From: Candidatus Latescibacterota bacterium
Lineage (GTDB): Bacteria > Latescibacterota > UBA2968 > GCA-2709665
DNA: 64,000 bases
Direction: 5' to 3'
Assembly: GCA_965226795.1 (NCBI GenBank)
Contig: CBDDDZ010000005.1
Coordinates: 2,368,001 to 2,432,000, forward strand
The position numbers were made by a program, and so were the translations under genes. The notes below the pieces were generated by a model. The model saw only the letters and a list, made by a program, of their open reading frames with translations, was not told the origin of the DNA and did no database searches. This document shows, piece after piece, positions 56,838 through 64,000 of the stretch (position 1 is the stretch's first letter; each line of letters begins with the position of its first letter).

Positions 56838-58742
56838 CTACAGGCCGGGCACCTGGAAGCTCCAGACTTCCGAACTGTGGGTGAAATAGAGCCGGCCTTT
56901 GTGTATTACGATTCCCGCGTTCGCGTTTACCGGGGGCTTACCCAGAAGGCTGTGTTCGAACGAGCCCGGCTCAATACGAACGATCGCGTTGCGAAACAGC
57001 GCATAGATCTTATTGTCAGGTCCCGTCGCCAGGATTCTGGGGGCCTGTTGGCCCGCGAGATCGCCGTAAGGCAGTTTCTCCTCGCTGTGAACGACCTTCC
57101 ACGATTCAGGGTCGAACACGAAAAAGGCGGATCCGGAGGCCATGCCGTAGATCAATCCGTCCGGGCCCAGGATCATGTCTCGAATCTCCGTGGCGCCGGG
57201 TACAACCGCATCGCGAAACAGCACGCGTTTTTCATCCGGATCCAGAACGTACAACTCGGCCTCCTTCGCGTGCGCCTCTCCACCGGTGCCAGGGCTGATC
57301 GTGGTACCACCCACGAGATTACCGTCGGACAATGCCACCAAAGAAACCGTGCTGTGATCGGGAAGCAGATCCTCGTGCGTCAGCAGCGTGTGGTTCTCCG
57401 TTTCCGTATCCCAGATCAGCATCCCCCCGCCCGTCAATCCATACCCAGGCGTACCCGTCATGACCAGCCGCCGGCCGTCCGGATGCGCCAGCAGCGCGTG
57501 CGGCCGGATAATCGTCGGACTCACCGAAATCAGAACCCTCGGGTTCGGATCCGCCGTTGCCTGATCGTCCCATGGCCGAAACGGATCGTATTCCCAGAGC
57601 CTGCCGCCCGAATACTCCCCGCAATAGACCTTTCCACCTTGCACCGCAAGCGCGTTCAGATGTCCGCTCAGATCCCAGAGACCCCGGTGAATAAACGTAT
57701 CCGCCTCGGCATCGTACGAATAGAACCGCAACGGATGCCCGGTCGAGCCGTGAATTTTGCCATCCGGGCCTTCCGCGATGGACAGAATGTGTGATCCGGC
57801 TGATTCGTAGTCGATATCCAACCGCCTCACCGTTCCCGCCTCCCTGATCTCGACGAATTTCTCAGGCAGGTTGATTGCTTCCAGCGTCCAGCCATGGGGG
57901 AAATTGTCCAGAATCGCTTCCTGGCTGCCGGCCAGAATCGGCTGCTCGTCGGCAGGAGCGTTTACGGGCGACACCGCCCCTTCAAACAATGCCCACCAGG
58001 GTCCCTCGCTGAATGGTCTACCGTACACCTTTCCATCCATCCCCCGGTAAACCGTGGATGCGCCGTGCTGACGTTCCGACTCGGGAACCAACGCGGCGCG
58101 CTCGCGGGTTTTCGGATTGAACGCCACGATCTGTCCGCGCGTCGCGCCGATACCCGCGTAAACCCATCCGGAACTGTCCACCGCGATTGTACGGGGATAC
58201 TGAGGCCAGTTTTCATGGTTGAGCGGTCCATAGTCTGTCAGTTCTCCTGTATCCGGATCGAAGCTCAGCAATTCGCAGTTCGGATACGCGGACGTCCAGA
58301 CCACGCCGCTATCGTCTTCCGTAAACGACATGGCGAAATTCGGTGGCGCGTCGGACCAGAACGTGAAGCGACGTGATTGGGCGTCGAACTCCACGAACTT
58401 ATCGAAATATGAATAGAACCGGTTCCGCTTGGACAGTAGCACCGCAAACGGTGTGGAGGCCATCCCGAACGGGGTCGGAATCTGTTCCACCTGCCCTGAG
58501 CGGGCATCGATCACGAGAATGGACCCGCAGCCCCGATGATCCATCGGCCACGCCAGAACAATCGGCCGCCCTTCACCGTCGACGGTTGCCGCCACCCCGC
58601 GCGCACGGGAAACCGGCGCCGCAACGCCATGACACCTGAACCCTTCACCGATATCACGAGTCCCGGCGATAGCCGGACGCTTGATTGTCAGCAAAAGGGC
58701 CATTAACAATGTGGCAAATGCCACGAATGGGACGAGGCTCAT
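56838..58742 (-). CDS. Uncharacterised beta-propeller repeat protein
   Basis: Recurring blade-like units (GPDGKIHG, GPDGLIYG, GPDNKIY, FDP/YDP); start uncertain. Confidence 0.65.
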   Translation of the reverse strand: MSLVPFVAFATLLMALLLTIKRPAIAGTRDIGEGFRCHGVAAPVSRARGVAATVDGEGRPIVLAWPMDHRGCGSILVIDARSGQVEQIPTPFGMASTPFAVLLSKRNRFYSYFDKFVEFDAQSRRFTFWSDAPPNFAMSFTEDDSGVVWTSAYPNCELLSFDPDTGELTDYGPLNHENWPQYPRTIAVDSSGWVYAGIGATRGQIVAFNPKTRERAALVPESERQHGASTVYRGMDGKVYGRPFSEGPWWALFEGAVSPVNAPADEQPILAGSQEAILDNFPHGWTLEAINLPEKFVEIREAGTVRRLDIDYESAGSHILSIAEGPDGKIHGSTGHPLRFYSYDAEADTFIHRGLWDLSGHLNALAVQGGKVYCGEYSGGRLWEYDPFRPWDDQATADPNPRVLISVSPTIIRPHALLAHPDGRRLVMTGTPGYGLTGGGMLIWDTETENHTLLTHEDLLPDHSTVSLVALSDGNLVGGTTISPGTGGEAHAKEAELYVLDPDEKRVLFRDAVVPGATEIRDMILGPDGLIYGMASGSAFFVFDPESWKVVHSEEKLPYGDLAGQQAPRILATGPDNKIYALFRNAIVRIEPGSFEHSLLGKPPVNANAGIVIHKGRLYFTHSSEVWSFQVPGL

Positions 58743-58844
58743 GTGGGATAGTCCTTTCGATCGCGGCCTTGCAAGCCGCCAGATTCACGTCCGTTCATGA
58801 AATTATGGCCCGCCAAATCGCCGGCCGTTTCAGGCTTGTTGCCA

Positions 58845-59744
58845 TCACCCATCCAGGATCCCGACCTCCGCAGCCTCCAGGTCTGCCCGCATTCTCCTGG
58901 AGACGTCTTCTCCAAGCGGCCGCGTGGGCGGGATCGGATTTCCGCAGTCGACTCCCTGCCAGCGCAGAATCTCTCGAATACTCGCCGTTCCCCCATAGGC
59001 CAAACCGATGCGGATCACGCGGTTCACCTCCTGCTGGAGTCCACGTGCGGAATCGAAGTCTCCGGATTGAACGGCCTCGTAGATCTTCACGAAAAGACCC
59101 GGCATCACATTGTAAAACCCGCCGATTCCCGCCTGCGCGCCCATCGCCAACCCTGCCAGCAGGACCTCGTCGTGCCCGTTAAACACGTGGGGCCTGGAAG
59201 GACCGTTCAATATCCCCTCCATCAGATAGAGATTATGATCGGTAAACTTCAAGCCGGCGACGTCGCGGATGCTCAGAAGCCGTTCCATCTCGTCGAGCGC
59301 AAAACTCCGGTGCGTCACAACTGGGATATAATATACGAACACCGGCAGTCCGGCTCCGGCTTCGGCGATGGCCGTATAATAGGCCAGAACATCGGTGAAG
59401 CCGTACCCCTGCACATAGGGCGGCAAACTGGAGATCCCGTCGACCCCCTGGGACGCGGCATGCGCTGCCAGTTCAACCGCGTCGCTCTCGGCGGGCGCCC
59501 CGACATGCACGATTACTTTACCGCACTGCGCGGACATCTTAACGGCCACTTCGGCCGCCAGCTTCCTGTCCGCCGCGGACATCAGATATCCCTCGCCCGT
59601 ATTCCCGCACACGTAGAGTCCCTGCGCACCCTCAACGTAAAACCGGTCGATCAACCGCTCGAACGCGGCCACCCCAAACCCGCCGTCCGCATCTCGTGGA
59701 CTTACAATTGCCGGAAAGATCCCGTCGAAGCCACCGTGCGCCAT
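58845..59744 (-). CDS. DHDPS/N-acetylneuraminate lyase family protein
   Basis: GLYVCGNTGEG, VHVGA, YYIP, GLKFTD, GIGGFYN. Confidence 0.88.
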   Translation of the reverse strand: MAHGGFDGIFPAIVSPRDADGGFGVAAFERLIDRFYVEGAQGLYVCGNTGEGYLMSAADRKLAAEVAVKMSAQCGKVIVHVGAPAESDAVELAAHAASQGVDGISSLPPYVQGYGFTDVLAYYTAIAEAGAGLPVFVYYIPVVTHRSFALDEMERLLSIRDVAGLKFTDHNLYLMEGILNGPSRPHVFNGHDEVLLAGLAMGAQAGIGGFYNVMPGLFVKIYEAVQSGDFDSARGLQQEVNRVIRIGLAYGGTASIREILRWQGVDCGNPIPPTRPLGEDVSRRMRADLEAAEVGILDG

Positions 59745-60045
59745 CCAACCTCCTCAGCCGATACCGCTTCACATGTGAATCGAATCCAAATATGCCGAGG
59801 CCGACAAGGAAAGTCAAGCGGATGCGCCGGTACCCCGGTAGTTCCCGGGGTTACCGCGCGGATGCCGGACGACACGCGAAAAAACCGGCCTGTGACCAGA
59901 TCGGCTTCTGAAGAGCGTGCTCGCGCATCTTTGAATAGTGGATCCATTTCGGACATTTACATTTGTGCGGAGCCGGGACCGTTGTCCCTTTGAGTTTATT
60001 ACGAGGAGGGGAAATAGTCGACGGTTTTTCCCTCCGTTTCAAACC

Positions 60046-60241
60046 AGGATGTAAACCATACGGTGTTCCCCGAACCTGTGGCCCTTAGCCGCTCCCTGAG
60101 CCTGTCGAAGGGTCGAAGGGTCGGCGACGGGATGGCTAAGGGGACCGAACGGGTGTCGAAACGCGCATTTCGACGAGCTCAATGAACGTAATTCGACAAG
60201 CTCAACTGCTGCAGCGGAGGATGTAAACTATAGGTTGTTCC
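60046..60241. repeat. REP-like cluster bracketed by 24-bp imperfect direct repeats
   Basis: AGGATGTAAACCATACGGTGTTCC / AGGATGTAAACTATAGGTTGTTCC (21/24); internal CCCTGAGCCTGTCGAAGG and TTCGAC(A/G)AGCTCA as at 34.8 kb. Confidence 0.65.
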
Positions 60242-60290
60242 ACGTAATATGTCATCACACTTCGAATCTGATCGCAAAATGCCCGCGGGA

Positions 60291-60865
60291 CTACAGATCC
60301 TTGTACCAGGTCAGTTCCACCTCGTCGAGACCCTCGGCACGGTAGGCGTAGAGATGGACCTTGCCCAGCGTGGCGCCCATGCGCGCGTAGAAGCGGCAGG
60401 CGGCGACGTTGATGTTCTGGTTTTCAATTTTCAACTGGATGCAGCCCCGGCTCCGGGCGCAGGCTTCGACGCGATGAAAGAGTGCCTTGCCGACGCCCCG
60501 TCTTCGATATTCCGGGCTGACGCGAATGTCCCACAAGCCCGCGAGGTCTTCGCGCCCTTCGCAGTAGTTCAAGCCATCGACGTGAAACGCGATGATCGCG
60601 CCGCCAATTCGCTCTTTCTCCCGGAATGCGCCCAAAAAATCCAGTTCGAGAGCTCCCACGATCTCCGCGTCCAGCGCTCGGGGCCATCGGGGTTGTCGTA
60701 GTTCTTGATATACGGCGAACTCAAGGCTTCTTCGACCAGCCGGATTCCCCCCAGGCCATCGGATACGTGTTCCACGCAAAAGCGGCTCTTCACTTCGAAG
60801 GCGATGGGCACCTGGCCGTATTCGGACAGGACATCGGTGGATTCTTCCTGTATGTGGAAGTCCAT
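60291..60865 (-). pseudogene. Frameshifted GNAT acetyltransferase (streptothricin acetyltransferase-like)
   Basis: Two overlapping ORFs join as ...LSNW-IFLGAF... if the T6 run (60634-60639) were T7; LWDIRVSPEYRRRGVG, QNINVAACRFY. Confidence 0.8.
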
Positions 60866-61146
60866 TGGCGTTTCGGTCTCCTCGATCGCCCGCCTCAGAC
60901 CGCCTCGCGGACGCGTTCCGTCAGGGCGCTACTGTTTAGTTTAACCCATTTCGAATAACCATCGAGCATCAAGCGGAACGGATAAGCATTTTAATGGCTA
61001 TCATTCCTGAGCACCCCGGACGAAGAATCGGAATCTCGGGTCAAAAAACTCGATCATACATAACCTGTTAATTTCATTGCATTTTCTGTGTTCTTTGTCT
61101 ATTTTCCGTCTTGCGTTTTCACACAACGGTTCAAGGCATTCCTATA

Positions 61147-62523
61147 ATGACCCGAAAAACTGCCGCGGGGCTTATTCTCGCCATCCTTCTGCCGCTGGTC
61201 GTGATCCTGTATCCGGGCGATATCGATAACGTACCGCGTCTGGCTCTGGCTCTGTCTCTTGCCACGATTGTTCTGTGGACCTTCGAACCCGTCCCCCTCG
61301 AATACAGTTCGCTGCTGCTGATCGTCCTCTTCCCCATCCTGGACGTACTCCCGTTTGAAACCGCTTTCGGGCCCTTCTCAAGCAAAACCGTCTGGCTCAT
61401 CTTCGCCGGCATGGCCCTCAGCCTGGGCATCACTGAGACCCCGCTGGGCGCCCGGATCTCTCGCCTGGTCCTCGGACACATCGGTAGCCTGAACGGGCTC
61501 ATCCTGGCACTCCACGTCCTGGGCATGCTGTCCGCGCTTCTCATCCCCTCCGGGGTCGTGCGAATCCTGATCCTTATGCCCCTCATCATCACTTTACTCC
61601 GGACACTCGGCGAACCGCCAGGATCCAGGGTGAGTGCGGCGCTGATTCTCTCTCTGGCCTGTTCCACATATTACGGCGGCACCGGCGTCCTTACGGCTTC
61701 GGTGCCCAGCCTGGTCGTCTTCGGCGTACTGGAATCCCGGGACATCACCGTCTATTGGGGCCAGTGGACACTGTACCTCTTTCCCATCTTTTCCCTATGC
61801 CGGGTCGCGTGCTGCTACCTGCTGATCCGCCTGTTATTGCCCCTCCGAGGTGATACCCGCATCCAGACGAAGCCCGATGTCGATTCCAACGTACCCGATG
61901 GCGTCACGCCTGCAGAGAAAAAGACCCTTTGTATCCTGCTCGCGGGCGTTCTGCTATGGGCGACCGACGCGCTACACGGTATCCATCCAACGTACGTGGG
62001 TCTGGGGATGGTTCTGGCCTGTTATCTCCCCGGATGGGGACCCTTGCACCCTGACCTGATGAAAAAGATCAACTTTCCCCTGCTCATCTACATCGCCGCC
62101 GCGTTCTCCGTTGGACATGCCCTCGAAACCACGGGCTTCAGCCTCCTGCTCGCCGATCTGTTTACGGACTGGCTCGGGCGTTTCGACGGTAGTCTGCTCA
62201 CCCAACTCGGTCTGCTCTCCGCCTTCATCCTGCCCTTCAACTTTCTGGCGGATACGGCTGCGGTTGCGGCCATCCTCACCCCTGTACTCCTGGATGTCGC
62301 CGCCCAGTCCGGCCTGGCGCCGCTTCCCGTCGCCCTGTGTATGGCCATAGTCGCCAGTTGCGGTTTCTTTCCGTACCAGGCGGCGCCATTCATCCTGGCC
62401 TACAGCTTTCGCTATGTGCATATGGGCCAGTTCATCCGTCTCATGGTGCTTCTTGCGCTGGTCTCGCTCCTGCTTCTCATCCCCCTCAACTTCCTCTATT
62501 GGCGACTGATCGGATTGATCTGA
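61147..62523 (+). CDS. SLC13/DASS family permease
   Basis: LWTFEPVP, PSGVVR, LWATD-x-LHG, FPYQAAP; more than 11 TM helices. Confidence 0.85.
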   Translation: MTRKTAAGLILAILLPLVVILYPGDIDNVPRLALALSLATIVLWTFEPVPLEYSSLLLIVLFPILDVLPFETAFGPFSSKTVWLIFAGMALSLGITETPLGARISRLVLGHIGSLNGLILALHVLGMLSALLIPSGVVRILILMPLIITLLRTLGEPPGSRVSAALILSLACSTYYGGTGVLTASVPSLVVFGVLESRDITVYWGQWTLYLFPIFSLCRVACCYLLIRLLLPLRGDTRIQTKPDVDSNVPDGVTPAEKKTLCILLAGVLLWATDALHGIHPTYVGLGMVLACYLPGWGPLHPDLMKKINFPLLIYIAAAFSVGHALETTGFSLLLADLFTDWLGRFDGSLLTQLGLLSAFILPFNFLADTAAVAAILTPVLLDVAAQSGLAPLPVALCMAIVASCGFFPYQAAPFILAYSFRYVHMGQFIRLMVLLALVSLLLLIPLNFLYWRLIGLI

Positions 62524-62600
62524 CAAGTGGAATCAATCCCATGAGCCGCTGTTCATTCCGCACCAGAGGTGCGGCAACCCCGTCACATTCCCCTTCGCGC

Positions 62601-62629
62601 TTGACAAGCCCTGGGTGTACGGGTACCAT
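62601..62629 (+). promoter_or_regulatory. Sigma70-type promoter of iorA
   Basis: TTGACA-17-TACCAT. Confidence 0.6.
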
Positions 62630-62674
62630 CGTTGTTCCGACTGTAATAATGCCAATTCATAGTGGAGATCCCGG

Positions 62675-64000
62675 ATGAATGCATTGCGAATCAACGGAGA
62701 CACGGCTTTGGCCTGGGGCGCAATCGAGGCCGGTGTCAGCTGCGTTACCGGATATCCCGGTTCCCCCGGTACAGGTACGTTTAGCGCGCTCGCCGACACG
62801 GCGGCCGAATACGGCCACGATGCCGAGTGGTGTCTGAACGAACGCATCGCCCTGGACGTTGCCGCGGGCGTCTCCCAGGGTGGCCGGCGGGTGCTCGTGT
62901 GCATTAAGAGCGTGGGTATGAACGTGGCGCTGGATACCCTCATGGTTCTGAATATGACCGGCGTGCATGCCGGTCTGGTGATCCTCATGGGCGACGATCC
63001 CGGCGCGTGGGGTTCACAGAACGAGCAGGACGGCCGTTTTTTCGGCCCCCTTGCCGAAGTCCCCATACTCGAGCCCGCAACCCCGGCGGAGGGCCGGCGA
63101 ATGATGCGCTGGGCTTTCGATTTCTCTGAGTCGTTCCGAACGGTCGTCATCCTGCGCATCACCCGGAGTTTCAGCGTCTGCGAGGCCGACCAACCGGCCA
63201 TCAAAAGGCCCCCGTCGTTGCCGGCACTGGCGCCGGACAGGGAGCCGATGCGCTGGATCTCCTCCCTGTCCAACTGCATACCCAACCACCAAAGACTCCA
63301 TCGAAATCTCCAGGCCATTGCGAAGAAATTCGAAGACATTCCGTTCAACCGCGTTGAGGGCTCAGGAGAGATGGGCGTGATCGCATCCGGATGCGTGCAC
63401 AACAAACTTCAGGACGCGCTTGGAGGCGCGGATATCTCGGAGCTCAGGTGCCTGAAACTCGCGTCTCTCTATCCTCTTCCAAGGGCCCTGATCACAGATT
63501 TCCTGAAACAGTGCAAGCAGGTCCTTGTACTTGAAGAAGTGGACCCATTTCTCGAAGACAGCATCAAAACCATCGGGTACGACGCGGGCGTCACCCCGAG
63601 CGTCATCGGCAAACGCAGCGGTCATGTACCGGGAGAAGGTGAACTCTTCCGATGGCAGATGCAGAAAGCGCTGAAGGCCTATCTGCCCGGTCTGAAGCCG
63701 GCGCGCATATTCACGGAAGCGGATTGGCAAAAGGAAAAGCCATACCGGAAGTCACACTGCGCCGGCTGCCCTTACAATGACATCCTCGCCGCGCTGCGTG
63801 AAGAAGCGGCTGGCCTGGGTCAGAACCCATTCCTCACCGCCGATCCCGGCTGCGTCGTCATTGCCGCGCGATTCCTCGACACCAAGCTGTGTATGGGATC
63901 CGCCATCGGCGCGGCGCTGGGGCTCCAGAAAGCCGGAGTGCGGGAGCGTGTTGTGGCCATTACAGGCGACTCGGCTTTCTACCACAGCAGCGTCAATGCG
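62675..64000 (+). CDS. iorA: Indolepyruvate:ferredoxin oxidoreductase alpha subunit-like (3' end beyond window)
   Basis: Absent from the ORF track (no stop). GYPGSP, NERIAL, KSVGMNVA, DDPG...SQNEQD, CAGCP, DPGC, GDSAFYHS TPP motif. Confidence 0.9.
   Translation, partial: MNALRINGDTALAWGAIEAGVSCVTGYPGSPGTGTFSALADTAAEYGHDAEWCLNERIALDVAAGVSQGGRRVLVCIKSVGMNVALDTLMVLNMTGVHAGLVILMGDDPGAWGSQNEQDGRFFGPLAEVPILEPATPAEGRRMMRWAFDFSESFRTVVILRITRSFSVCEADQPAIKRPPSLPALAPDREPMRWISSLSNCIPNHQRLHRNLQAIAKKFEDIPFNRVEGSGEMGVIASGCVHNKLQDALGGADISELRCLKLASLYPLPRALITDFLKQCKQVLVLEEVDPFLEDSIKTIGYDAGVTPSVIGKRSGHVPGEGELFRWQMQKALKAYLPGLKPARIFTEADWQKEKPYRKSHCAGCPYNDILAALREEAAGLGQNPFLTADPGCVVIAARFLDTKLCMGSAIGAALGLQKAGVRERVVAITGDSAFYHSSVNA

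Noticed and set aside
60046..60241. CRISPR array or integron attC site
   Set aside because: Only two repeats with a 148-bp gap, no cas or intI gene, and no convincing RYYYAAC/GTTRRRY ends.

Overview
GC-rich bacterial chromosomal window with about 64 CDS or CDS remnants. I recognised no rRNA, tRNA, CRISPR array or transposase. The host is probably a diderm (TonB-receptor remnant); a firm taxonomic call is not possible from this window. Layout: (1) 1-16.6 kb is a minus-strand respiratory supercluster: Rieske, split cytochrome b6-type b plus subunit IV, a 1017-aa octaheme cytochrome c, a cupredoxin-like protein, coxBACD, two small membrane proteins, ctaA, ctaB and an ABC transporter. It is preceded by a membrane-anchored HEAT protein and a divergent 2x[4Fe-4S] ferredoxin. 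(2) 16.8-25.7 kb is the housekeeping yggS-yggT-divIVA-mtnP-NUDIX-ileS-dksA-like-lspA-rluD cluster. (3) 25.9-45.7 kb is accessory catabolism: an RPH-like kinase, sugar-acid enzymes, an amidase/DMFase-like/amidohydrolase/transglutaminase cluster, oxidoreductases and glycosyltransferases. (4) 45.7-64 kb holds a TonB-receptor remnant, ferritin, a sigma70 with a long structured upstream region, gcvPA/PB, tandem SDRs, a broken toxin-antitoxin pair, GNATs, a beta-propeller, an SLC13 permease and a partial iorA. Best candidate for an undescribed system: a 27-residue motif [IV]DL[ST]x[FL][DN]xIxDRVARA[RK]AKAE[AL]MRKA[RK] occurs twice in the cytoplasmic N-tail of the Rieske protein and once at the N-terminus of the neighbouring ferredoxin, suggesting a docking module that links ferredoxin to the b6-type complex. 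The associated A-type oxidase also lacks the K-channel lysine. Start codons were chosen by eye (RBS and family knowledge) and all functional calls come from motif recognition, not database searches.
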